A stretch of 52,390 bases of DNA from an uncultured Planctomycetales bacterium (lineage in GTDB: Bacteria > Omnitrophota > Gorgyraeia > Gygaellales > Profunditerraquicolaceae): positions 1-52,390 of the forward strand of contig CAYHAI010000012.1 in NCBI GenBank assembly GCA_964354585.1, given 5' to 3'. Within the stretch, counting starts at the first letter, position 1; every line of letters starts with the position of its first letter. The translations under genes and the position numbers were made by a program. Shown here one piece after another: positions 19,455-28,304 of the stretch. Under the pieces are notes generated by a model that was not told the origin of the DNA, searched no databases, and was given only the letters and a program-made list of their open reading frames with translations.

Positions 19455-19787
19455 TCATCCCGTACCTTTGATAAATTCATTTTTATTCTTTTCTTTGAAT
19501 ATCTCCAAAGGTGCGGGATTCAAGGCTTTTATTTGATTCAGGCTATTCTTTATTCTAAGTTTTAAGTATGCGTATGCTCTACCAAAGGATTTAAGAGATC
19601 TCTCGCGTATCTTAGCATCTTCTAATGAAATAAAAGTCTCGCAATAGACTAAATTCCAGGGTAGGTATTTCCTTGTATATTGGACTAATCCTAAGTTGTG
19701 CTCCTTTAATCTTTGTTTAATATTCTTTGTATAACCAATATAAAATACACCGTTTTTCTGACTCTTTAAAAGATAAACGTGATACAT
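19455..19787 (-). CDS. Small GIY-YIG endonuclease (SLX1/UPF0213-like)
   Basis: YHVYLL...FYIGYT...RLKEHN...YT....PW.LVYCE......A..RE..LK. Confidence 0.92.
   Translation of the reverse strand: MYHVYLLKSQKNGVFYIGYTKNIKQRLKEHNLGLVQYTRKYLPWNLVYCETFISLEDAKIRERSLKSFGRAYAYLKLRIKNSLNQIKALNPAPLEIFKEKNKNEFIKGTG
19458..19518. mobile_element. Nested 61-bp MITE-like copy with the same ends
   Basis: Ends TCCCGTACCTTTG (19458-19470) and CAAAGGTGCGGGA (19506-19518), again flanked by direct TTCA (19454-19457 and 19519-19522). Confidence 0.7.
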
Positions 19788-19812
19788 TTTGAATACAAAG
19801 AAGGTGCGGGAT

Positions 19813-20523
19813 TCATCCCCTTATCAAATCCTCTCCTCCAATAGATTTAAGAAACTCAAACACCTCTCCTACTACCACTCCGCCAGAAACTGCTTTCTGT
19901 AACGCTATAGCTTTTTGAATATGGTAAAGAAAATTTTCTACTTTACCCCGAGAGAAGAAATATCGGCTCAAGTAAAGATGGATACTTAAGTTCTGAGGAG
20001 AAAGCAAAACTGCTTTCTTAAATTCTTCTTCCGCGCTTTTAGTATCTGATAATTTATCAAATATAGCGCCCAGCCTCTGATGGTAAATGGCATTGGTGGG
20101 CTCCCTTAAAATCGCTCCTGTGAATTCTCTCTTTGCCAGCCCATAAAATTCCATCCTATCGTTTTCGAGTTTAGCATCCAGCATTTTTATATCCAAGGAA
20201 CTGCTCAGCAGCGTATCATCTCCTATCTCTGTAATAATCTGCGCATATTCAAAATAAGGCCTTGAATCATCAGTATTCAAACTGGCAGTTTCTTTTAGCA
20301 ACTTTAATGCCTGGTAATAAAAGAGCGTTTTCTCTATAATTATCTGCTTGTCTAAAGAGCGGCTTTTCTCTAAATAATCTAATGCCTTATCTAAATATCC
20401 CTGCGCGGATAAACGCGAAAATAAAACACATTCGTAAAAGATAAAGAGAAAAATAAACAAACTCATCAAAATTAAGGATTGTTTTTGGTCTAAGTCTTTC
20501 TGCCAGTTACTTAGTAACACCAT
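19813..20523 (-). CDS. Membrane-anchored TPR-repeat protein
   Basis: N-terminal hydrophobic helix, then TPR-like units (AILREPTNAIYHQRLGAIF...AEEEFKKAVLLSPQN). Overlaps the end of the ligase-like gene. Confidence 0.7.
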   Translation of the reverse strand: MVLLSNWQKDLDQKQSLILMSLFIFLFIFYECVLFSRLSAQGYLDKALDYLEKSRSLDKQIIIEKTLFYYQALKLLKETASLNTDDSRPYFEYAQIITEIGDDTLLSSSLDIKMLDAKLENDRMEFYGLAKREFTGAILREPTNAIYHQRLGAIFDKLSDTKSAEEEFKKAVLLSPQNLSIHLYLSRYFFSRGKVENFLYHIQKAIALQKAVSGGVVVGEVFEFLKSIGGEDLIRG

Positions 20524-21844
20524 CGCTAAACCTCGTATAGACCAAGCGATAAGCCAGGCCCATAATCACAAAGAATAACAGGGCATTTGCCGGTATGTGC
20601 AGATTAAAATCTAACAGCGAATATACTAACATTGCAAATATGGACGCCATTGCGCCCAATACCACAGATATAACATAAGCGTTATGCCTTTTCCGCCACA
20701 TCTTCAATACCTTCCTAAAATACAAAATAAAAAACAAAGATATACAGAGAAAACCAACTAAACCCACCTCGGATAATAACTGAAGATAGTCATTATGGGC
20801 ATAGGTAAACAAAATTTGCATGGGGCAAGTCTTATACATAGAAGAGATGCTGGCAAATGTGCCTAACCCTGTGCCAAAAAGATGAAAATCCTGCCATATT
20901 CTTAAAGTATCCCACCAGGAATAGCCATGGCCAAAAACAACCAGCGTCTCATCTTTAAATAGATTAGCAAATCTCTCTAAAACACCTTTAAAATCTATAA
21001 AAAAAATAGATAAAAAAAATACTACAGAAAAACAAACAAGCAAAGTTTTTGTCTTGGGCTTTAAACTATACTTGAAGTTTGACAATGACAACATAAATAA
21101 CAAAACCAGAATATAGACTAAAATGCCGGCCCGGGATAAAGACAAGAGTAGCGCCAAAACCATAATCCACATACAAAGGCCGTAAATAACCCTTTTAGAC
21201 CAAGGCAAATCAGTTAAAAAATATCCTAAGGCCAGGGGTATAATCATATTTATATACCCGCTAAAATTATTGCGGTTAACAAAAGGCCCGAAAGGTGTAA
21301 GTGCTGACCCGGATGCGTCAAACCAATAGACCTTACCCGAATAGGTATATTTCTGGATAATCCCAAATATGCTAATAACGACCCCAAAAAAGATAATTGT
21401 ATTTATAAGGTAGTCGAACTGTCTCTTCGTCTCTATCTTGTTAATAATTAGAAAAAATATGCCTATGTAGGTTAAAACCTTAAATAATTCTGAAAGGGTA
21501 GCATTAGGACAGATGCTTAAAGTAAAAAATGTTTTTGAGGCACCAGCGGGAATAAGATTTTTATATAAATAAGCGGTATTACCGCAAATTATTCTCATTA
21601 AATCTATAGGCAACGGGATCAATTGAAGAACAACGAGACCCAAGAATAATGCAATGGGTAAAATTAGGCCTGTTTCTAAAAAAGAGAATCTTCTTTTATA
21701 GGCCATACCTATCAACCAGAATAAAATCAGTAAAACTACTACAGTTTCTATTATTGTAATCGGCAGGGCAGTCACGCTTCCATAAAAGAGACAGCTAAAA
21801 ATGAGCAGGGGCGCAACGAGATATGGGAAGATAATGCCAGACAT
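20507..21844 (-). CDS. O-antigen ligase / Wzy_C family membrane protein (could be an O-oligosaccharyltransferase or polymerase)
   Basis: About 12 TM helices, GPFVNRNNFSGY, SLSRAG, FGTGLGTF, YAHNDYLQLLSEVGLVG, DFNLHIPAN. Confidence 0.85.
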   Translation of the reverse strand: MSGIIFPYLVAPLLIFSCLFYGSVTALPITIIETVVVLLILFWLIGMAYKRRFSFLETGLILPIALFLGLVVLQLIPLPIDLMRIICGNTAYLYKNLIPAGASKTFFTLSICPNATLSELFKVLTYIGIFFLIINKIETKRQFDYLINTIIFFGVVISIFGIIQKYTYSGKVYWFDASGSALTPFGPFVNRNNFSGYINMIIPLALGYFLTDLPWSKRVIYGLCMWIMVLALLLSLSRAGILVYILVLLFMLSLSNFKYSLKPKTKTLLVCFSVVFFLSIFFIDFKGVLERFANLFKDETLVVFGHGYSWWDTLRIWQDFHLFGTGLGTFASISSMYKTCPMQILFTYAHNDYLQLLSEVGLVGFLCISLFFILYFRKVLKMWRKRHNAYVISVVLGAMASIFAMLVYSLLDFNLHIPANALLFFVIMGLAYRLVYTRFSDGVTK

Positions 21845-21852
21845 AATAAATA

Positions 21853-23703
21853 TTAAGCCTTTTTCTCCTTCTCTTGGGCATAATAATAATGGTAATAATA
21901 GTAAGAGTCTTCTTTCTTTATGTTCACATTGTTCAGGATTACTCCGATAATCCTGGCCTTTGCCTCGTTGAGCCGCTGCCTACAGCTTAAGATAGCTTCA
22001 ATATTTCTAAAACCAGCGCGGATAACATAAACCACTCCATCCGCCATATTGGCTAAGATAGCCGCATCGGTAACTGTAAGCACTGGCGGCGCATCAATGA
22101 TAATTCTGTCAAATCTGGTTTTAAGTTCCCCCAAGAGTTGACGGCTCTTAGCAGAACTTAAAAGTTCCGCCGGATTTGGCGGCCGCGGACCAGCAGGCAT
22201 TAGAAAGAGATTAGGGACGGGGGTGTGTTTTATGACTACATCTAGAGTCGCTGCTCCGGCGAGGAAACTACTTAAACCGTCTTTATTATCTACGCCCAAT
22301 GAACTACCGATGCGGCAACGACGCATATCCGCCTCTAAGAGCAAAATCTTTTCATTGGCATGAGCAAAGATAGTGCCTAAATTTATTGCAACCGTGCTCT
22401 TGCCCTCCTGGGGCGAAGCGCTGGTAATCAGAACTGTCTTAAGAGGCTTGTCTTCCGGAGAAGAGAAGATTATGGAACTGCGGATAGAACGATAGGCTTC
22501 AGCAATCCGGGAGTTAGGCATCTTATGAGATAATAAATCAACGTCTTTCACCGTTTCGGCCTCTCGCCTTGCTGAAGGCACATAACCCAAAAAGGGTAGT
22601 CTTACATATGTCTCAATATCTTCGGCGGTCTTTACCGTAGAATCAAGGTATTCTAAGATGAAAGCCAAAACCACTCCTAAAAAGAAACCTAACATTATCC
22701 CTCTGGATACGTCCTGTTTCCTGTTTGGGCTAAACGGCCCTCCCGGCACCTGCGCTAAATCAATAATGCGGATATTGGTTGTCTCTAATTGTTTAGAGAC
22801 CTCAGTTTCCTTTATTCTTCTTAGCAATGATTCATATAGAGATTTGTCTGACTCTAGTTCTCTTTTTAAGGCGTTATACTGTATGGTCTTGGTATTAAGC
22901 TCAAGGAGTTTCCTGGTCTCATCATCAATACTTTTATTTGCTGCCTCCAATCTGGTGTTGGCATTGAGCATCTTGGGATGCTTTGATTTATAGCGCTTGG
23001 ATGACTCTATAATTTCATTTTCAATCTTTACCTTGTCCCCTTTTAAGCCCTCCAGGATAGACGCTGTTTGTTTCTCTACATCTCCCAGAGAGACAATTGC
23101 ATTCCTCTGTATATAATCGTTTAAAGTCGCCTCGGAATCCTGAAGTTTCTTTTTTAACTCTGTTAATTGTATCTGCAGCCATCCGGTTGCATATTTACTC
23201 GCTTCTGACCTTCTCTCTATATCATCCTTTATATAACTCTCTGCCAAGGCATTGGCAAACTTTGCTGCCTTAAGGGGATCGGTACTTACATAACCCACAT
23301 CTATGAGTTGCGTACCGCCCACAAGATTAACGCTCACCCCTCCTAAAAAGGCGCCCTCAGGCTCCTGCATTCCTACAAAAGCGGTATCACCTGTAGCAAT
23401 AAGGCGTTCTACCACTTTTTTGGCTAAACTCCGCGAAGTAAGAATATTGATTTGGGTCTGGATATATTCCTTATCGATCCAAGCGGAAGGGGAATAGACC
23501 TGCTGGATAGGAACCACATCTGGCATAGTTCTTTCGATAAGGACTTTGGCACTTGTCCGATAAAGAGCAATTTTCTTTAAGGTTTTCATCGTGGCATCGG
23601 TAGTGGTAATGGCAAGGCAAATAAGGATTATCCAGAATCTTCTCTTAACGACAACTAGGTAATCCTTAACCGTTATATCCCTTAATTGGGAAGAAGGTAA
23701 CAT
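21853..23703 (-). CDS. wzc: Polysaccharide co-polymerase / tyrosine autokinase (Wzc/GumC family)
   Basis: Two TM helices around a coiled-coil periplasmic domain, AEAYRSIR, TSASPQEGKST Walker A, EADMRR, IIIDAPP, C-terminal Tyr cluster YYYYHYYY. Confidence 0.92.
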   Translation of the reverse strand: MLPSSQLRDITVKDYLVVVKRRFWIILICLAITTTDATMKTLKKIALYRTSAKVLIERTMPDVVPIQQVYSPSAWIDKEYIQTQINILTSRSLAKKVVERLIATGDTAFVGMQEPEGAFLGGVSVNLVGGTQLIDVGYVSTDPLKAAKFANALAESYIKDDIERRSEASKYATGWLQIQLTELKKKLQDSEATLNDYIQRNAIVSLGDVEKQTASILEGLKGDKVKIENEIIESSKRYKSKHPKMLNANTRLEAANKSIDDETRKLLELNTKTIQYNALKRELESDKSLYESLLRRIKETEVSKQLETTNIRIIDLAQVPGGPFSPNRKQDVSRGIMLGFFLGVVLAFILEYLDSTVKTAEDIETYVRLPFLGYVPSARREAETVKDVDLLSHKMPNSRIAEAYRSIRSSIIFSSPEDKPLKTVLITSASPQEGKSTVAINLGTIFAHANEKILLLEADMRRCRIGSSLGVDNKDGLSSFLAGAATLDVVIKHTPVPNLFLMPAGPRPPNPAELLSSAKSRQLLGELKTRFDRIIIDAPPVLTVTDAAILANMADGVVYVIRAGFRNIEAILSCRQRLNEAKARIIGVILNNVNIKKEDSYYYYHYYYAQEKEKKA

Positions 23704-23736
23704 CCATAACCCCTTGTTATAAAAGGCATTTCACGT

Positions 23737-23765
23737 ATTTTAGCATATTCTTGTGATGTTATCAA
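23737..23765 (-). promoter_or_regulatory. Putative sigma70 promoter for wzc and downstream glycan genes
   Basis: Minus strand TTGATA-17 nt-TAAAAT, with TG in the extended -10 position. Confidence 0.55.
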
Positions 23766-25510
23766 TAACAAAATAAATCTAACCCTATCTTCTCTACTCT
23801 TAACTGATGGTTAAGATAATTCTGGTATTGAATATTATTCCTTAAGAGCTCTTCATGTGTGCCCATATCAATCTTATCAGGACTATTTAGGAAAAATACT
23901 AAATCTGTTCTTTTTATGGCGGAAAAACGATGCGATACAATTATAATAGTAGTATCTCTCAGTGAAACCATCATATTATCTATTATCCTTGCCTCTATCT
24001 GGGCATCTACCGAGGAAAGCGCCTCATCTAAGATTAGAATCTTAGGTCTTTTAATCACTGCCCGGGCAATGGCAATGCGTTGCTTCTGGCCCTCGGAGAT
24101 TTTACAGGCATTCTCTCCAATAATTGTATCGCAGCCCAAAGGCAAGTTATTGATAAAATCATCAATACAGGCAATCCTAGCTGCCTCTACTATTTCTTTA
24201 AAACTCGCATCTGGATTCCCATATCTGATATTATTTGACACTGTATCATTCCATAAATATGGCTCCTGAAGCACTACGCCAATTTGCGCGTATAAGGATT
24301 TTGATTTAATAAGATTTATATTGCCTCCATCAATGATTATCTGGCCACTCAGAGGTTTATAAAGTCTTAAGATTAAATTAAGTATCGTTGTCTTTCCACA
24401 ACCCGAAGGGCCAACCAAGGCAATAAAAGAACCACCCTCGATATAAAAATTTAGGTTCTGCAAAACCATCTTATCCTGTCGGTAACCAAAGGTCACATTT
24501 CTAAATTCTATCTGGCCTTTTAAAAAGGTAATTTCTTTGGTATATTTATCTTCTATAGAGTCAAGCTTGGTTTCTAATATGGAATCTAACCTCTCGCAAG
24601 AAACAAGATCCAAAGATACTTGCTGGAAGAAATATGCCAGCGAACTTTGTAACCCTGATAGCTGATTTAAATAAAGGGTTATTGCGCTAAGGCTTCCTAA
24701 AGTCATTTTGCCCTTGATTATCTGATAACCGCCATAAAAAACAATTAGGCCTAAAATTATCCGCTGGGCTAAACTGTTGGCAAATCCGGATATCACTCCT
24801 AATCTTGTATTTATTAATCCAAATCTAATATTTTCTATCAATCCTTTTATATATCGTCTGGTCTCATATTTTTCTTTTCCCAATGCCTTTACTAAATGAA
24901 TATGTGATAATACTTCCTGTAGGCTCTTAAAAATCTCCCGTGAATTTTCTATCAATCTCCTCATTATTTTCTTTGCTCTGCGGGTAAAATAATAAGGGGT
25001 AAGATATAAAAAAGGTATAAGCGCTAAAGCCAACAAGGCAATCTTGTAATCTAAATAGAACACAATCGCCAAAATAAGTAATGACCTAGGTATGAGTGGG
25101 ATAGCCTGTGGCAACACATCAGTAATAAATGAAGTAAGCCGGTCTATGTCATAATTAATCGTATAGAGGTGCTCGCCAGTAGAGCTATCTTGAAAAAATC
25201 CATAAGGAAGACGCTGTAATTTATTAAAAACCTTACAATTTAAATCAAGATTTATCCGCAACCTGATATAATTTGTTAAATAATTACTTAATCCGCCAAT
25301 AAGACCATTTAAAATAAATATGCTTCCTCCAATAGAAACTATGATTATAAATAATCTTAAGTCTCTATTCCCGTAGGCTTTATCAATAATAAGTTTAGTC
25401 AAATAAGGGTTAACCAAGCCTAAGGCCATAGTAATGCCGCTTAAAAACAATACAAGAACTTCTCTCTTCCAAAAAGGAAGTAGATATCTATAAAACTTAA
25501 GGTATTTCAT
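23762..25510 (-). CDS. ABC exporter, fused permease + ATPase (peptide/MsbA-like), no C39 peptidase domain
   Basis: N-terminal 6-TM domain, GPSGCGKTT, ISEGQKQRIAIARA, LILDEA, SHR. Confidence 0.92.
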   Translation of the reverse strand: MKYLKFYRYLLPFWKREVLVLFLSGITMALGLVNPYLTKLIIDKAYGNRDLRLFIIIVSIGGSIFILNGLIGGLSNYLTNYIRLRINLDLNCKVFNKLQRLPYGFFQDSSTGEHLYTINYDIDRLTSFITDVLPQAIPLIPRSLLILAIVFYLDYKIALLALALIPFLYLTPYYFTRRAKKIMRRLIENSREIFKSLQEVLSHIHLVKALGKEKYETRRYIKGLIENIRFGLINTRLGVISGFANSLAQRIILGLIVFYGGYQIIKGKMTLGSLSAITLYLNQLSGLQSSLAYFFQQVSLDLVSCERLDSILETKLDSIEDKYTKEITFLKGQIEFRNVTFGYRQDKMVLQNLNFYIEGGSFIALVGPSGCGKTTILNLILRLYKPLSGQIIIDGGNINLIKSKSLYAQIGVVLQEPYLWNDTVSNNIRYGNPDASFKEIVEAARIACIDDFINNLPLGCDTIIGENACKISEGQKQRIAIARAVIKRPKILILDEALSSVDAQIEARIIDNMMVSLRDTTIIIVSHRFSAIKRTDLVFFLNSPDKIDMGTHEELLRNNIQYQNYLNHQLRVEKIGLDLFCY

Positions 25511-25540
25511 GGTATCTTTCTATAGGACTGCCTTCTCTAC

Positions 25541-26665
25541 TTACCCCAGATGCGCTAATGCACAAAACCATCTGACTCTTCCCTCTAAATCTCCTGTCTC
25601 CAATAGTGCTTTTCCCGGACAATTAAAACAGGTGTTTCTGATGGAACAGCTCTGACATTTAGAATTATTAGCAAAATATCGTGTTCTTACCCAGTCTAAA
25701 ACTTTTTTCTGGGCTTCTCCCACATCTTCCTTAAGCAGATTTATCTTAGGCTTCCTAATGCAGTCACAAGGGAATGTATTTCCATAAGGGTCAATATAAA
25801 CTCCGTCTCCGCCTCCGATAGCACAGCGGAATAATTCGTGGTTCCTGCCTGCCGGCAGGCATGGCGTGGGGCGTGGTTGGTGGTTCGTCAATAAATCACG
25901 ATCATCAATTAACGATTTCTTATTTCCATTTAAACCCAAAACTTCCTGTGGTGAAATTCTTAAATTAGCAGGAGCCAAATCTCGGTTTAATCGACTATGC
26001 AGGAAAATACCCGGTCTAAATTTTAAGCCTGAACTTTCCACAAATTTTCTTATCCGGGGTAGCTCTCTAAAGTTATCTCTCGTAACCTGGGTCTTAATCT
26101 TTAAGGGCAGCTTGGCTTTTAAAATTAGATTTATTCCTCTCATTACTTTATAAAATGAACCTTTGACTTGAGATATCTTCTCATATAAATCTTGCGTAAC
26201 TGCATTTAGGGTAATCTCAATAACAAAGGGAGGCCTGCCTCTTAAATACTCAGCTATCCTTCTATTCATAGAATAGCCATTAGTAAATATAGTGATAATA
26301 AAACCTTTATTCTTTGCATACCCATATAATTCTAAAAAATCTTCTCGGGTCAAAGGGTCTCCTCCGGTAAAACATAACCATAACATACCTCGGTTATAAA
26401 CCTTATCTAAAATGAGTTTTGCCTCTTGGGTATTCAATTCTCTCCGAATGAATCTCGCTCTATTATAGTAATCACTATAACAGTGTTTGCAATGAAGTTC
26501 ACAACCAAAGGTCAGTTCGAACTGGCAAACATTAGGTCTTCTATTTTGCCAATTCTTTTTGTGAAATTTTAAACTAAAATGTTTATAAGGAATTATTCTC
26601 ATTGGCCTACTGACATCTACATTGCCGACTAAGAATGAATTTGTATTACTAAGATACCTCCGCAA
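25541..26665 (-). CDS. Radical SAM/SPASM protein 3 (likely start 26602, MRIIPY)
   Basis: CELHCKHC, FTGGDPL, FTNG; SPASM FRCAIG...IDPYGNTFPC...CQSCSIRNTCFNCPG...FC. Confidence 0.92.
   Translation of the reverse strand: MRRYLSNTNSFLVGNVDVSRPMRIIPYKHFSLKFHKKNWQNRRPNVCQFELTFGCELHCKHCYSDYYNRARFIRRELNTQEAKLILDKVYNRGMLWLCFTGGDPLTREDFLELYGYAKNKGFIITIFTNGYSMNRRIAEYLRGRPPFVIEITLNAVTQDLYEKISQVKGSFYKVMRGINLILKAKLPLKIKTQVTRDNFRELPRIRKFVESSGLKFRPGIFLHSRLNRDLAPANLRISPQEVLGLNGNKKSLIDDRDLLTNHQPRPTPCLPAGRNHELFRCAIGGGDGVYIDPYGNTFPCDCIRKPKINLLKEDVGEAQKKVLDWVRTRYFANNSKCQSCSIRNTCFNCPGKALLETGDLEGRVRWFCALAHLG
25837..25885. repeat. Heptamer array (CGTGGTT-like) interrupted by a 16-bp perfect palindrome TGCCTGCCGGCAGGCA, inside the radical SAM gene
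   Basis: Units at 25837-43, 25865-71, 25872-78 and 25879-85; palindrome at 25846-25861; encodes HQPRPTPCLPAGRNHE. Confidence 0.75.
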
Positions 26666-28298
26666 GATAATTCTTTAGCATCCACACCAGATGATAAATA
26701 ATCTCTTCACTACTTATTTGTTTAAACAACTTACTCATATACTCATTTATTTCCTCAATACTCGAGTTCTGTTTTTCTCTTAAATAAAAAAGTATTAAGA
26801 AAACTATTTGGGGCACGATAAGATTTAATGGAGGCACTGCTGATAAAAATCTCCTTGTTTTCAATAATTGAATCCCTTCTTCTGTTACGGTTATATGGGT
26901 TTGCTTATTTAATATACGCGAAGGATAATGCTTAAAACATTCAAAATATCGGGGATAAAAAACCGGTTTTGCTTTAGGAGATGCCTTATATTTTTCTGCT
27001 TTATCTATTAATTTGTCACAAAGCATTTCATATTTAGGGATAACCAATGACCAGTCATAATTTTCAAGAACCCGCTTTCTGGCATTATATCCCAATCTTA
27101 AACGCAAGTCCTTGCGTTTAATGAGGAGCGAAAGATACTCAATCATTTTCTTTATATCTATACAAACTGATTGCCCCAAAGATAAATGCTCTACCTGAAT
27201 ATCATTAGTGAATAAATAAGTAGAATTTGATATCTCCCGGTCACACTTAGCCCAATATGTAGGGATACAAAAGCCTGTTTCATTATGTATAACTATCTCT
27301 CTATAGCCATCCCAATCGGAAACAACCACAGCTAAACCTGAAGCCATAGCCTCAATGACGGTTAAACCGAATGACTCCTGCAGGCTATCGCTCGGTGAAA
27401 CAAAGATATCGCTTGCAGCGTATAATAAATATTTTTCTGCCTGGGAAAGATTTAAGAAAAATTTGATATTATGCAAAATACCTAAATCATTTGCCATCTT
27501 CTTTAGTCTTACGGCATAATTACCTTGAAAATTTTTACCTGCAAGCACAAGTAAAATATTTTTGTTTTTAGTTAACAGGTTCTTAAAAGCAAAAAGCACT
27601 GGGTAGAGGTCTGCTTTATCAGAAATCGAGAAACGACCGACATAAAGAATAATGATTTTTTTGTCAGGTAATCGCAGCTTTTTACGAGACCCATCCTTAT
27701 TATTTTTCATATAATCTTCGCTATTTATCCCCAAGGGCAGACAGTCTAACCTTGCTTTATAATTGAGGTTTATAGACATTTTTTTAAATATATTTTGCTC
27801 TATCAATCTATGTATTTTCTTTACAGACTCCAAATTTGACTTACTAACGCATATAATAGAATCAAAAGGATGTAAGTCAGAAATCATATTATAAAAAAAA
27901 TAGTGACCAAGTAATTCAGCATAACTTACAGTATGGCTCACGCCACAGATAGGAAAATACCTTTTTGCATAAATACTGCGCAAATTAGCTATATTAAATA
28001 TTGCCGGAGTACTAAAGGTTAAAAAGATTAAATTTTTTGCATTCTTTAAAAATAAAGGAAGTTGAATAATCTTTTCAATTTTTACCCTTTCATTATTTAT
28101 ATAAGGAATTACCTCTTTGTGCAAAGGATACTTTTTACTATTTTCTGGAAGGATAAAAAAATGATACTCATCAAATTTTCCAAATCGGATTAAGTTTTTA
28201 TAAAAATCGCTTGTTGCCACCCATGCCCCATATAAACCTGCTTTGCTTGAGGATTCCCTAAGATTCCCCATGAATTCATTTGTTACAAATATTCTCAT
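26649..28298 (-). CDS. GT4 glycosyltransferase with C-terminal helical (winged-helix/RRE-like) extension
   Basis: LYVGRF...K, DIFVSPSDSLQESFGLTVIEAMASGLAVVVSDWDGYREIV; extra ~110 aa after the GT-B fold. Confidence 0.85.
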   Translation of the reverse strand: MRIFVTNEFMGNLRESSSKAGLYGAWVATSDFYKNLIRFGKFDEYHFFILPENSKKYPLHKEVIPYINNERVKIEKIIQLPLFLKNAKNLIFLTFSTPAIFNIANLRSIYAKRYFPICGVSHTVSYAELLGHYFFYNMISDLHPFDSIICVSKSNLESVKKIHRLIEQNIFKKMSINLNYKARLDCLPLGINSEDYMKNNKDGSRKKLRLPDKKIIILYVGRFSISDKADLYPVLFAFKNLLTKNKNILLVLAGKNFQGNYAVRLKKMANDLGILHNIKFFLNLSQAEKYLLYAASDIFVSPSDSLQESFGLTVIEAMASGLAVVVSDWDGYREIVIHNETGFCIPTYWAKCDREISNSTYLFTNDIQVEHLSLGQSVCIDIKKMIEYLSLLIKRKDLRLRLGYNARKRVLENYDWSLVIPKYEMLCDKLIDKAEKYKASPKAKPVFYPRYFECFKHYPSRILNKQTHITVTEEGIQLLKTRRFLSAVPPLNLIVPQIVFLILFYLREKQNSSIEEINEYMSKLFKQISSEEIIYHLVWMLKNYLAEVS

Positions 28299-28304
28299 TT
28301 ATCT

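Larger units (their letters stand above)
19435..19811. mobile_element. 377-bp TIR-bounded element carrying only a GIY-YIG nuclease gene
   Basis: Perfect 13-bp inverted ends TCCCGCACCTTCT (19435-19447) and AGAAGGTGCGGGA (19799-19811), flanked by a direct TTCA (19431-19434 and 19812-19815). Confidence 0.75.

Noticed and set aside
19431-19815. CRISPR array or simple terminator reading of the four TCCCG(C/T)ACCTT motifs
   Set aside because: The copies are in opposing orientations with irregular spacing and there are no cas genes; nested TIR plus TGAA duplication explains them better.
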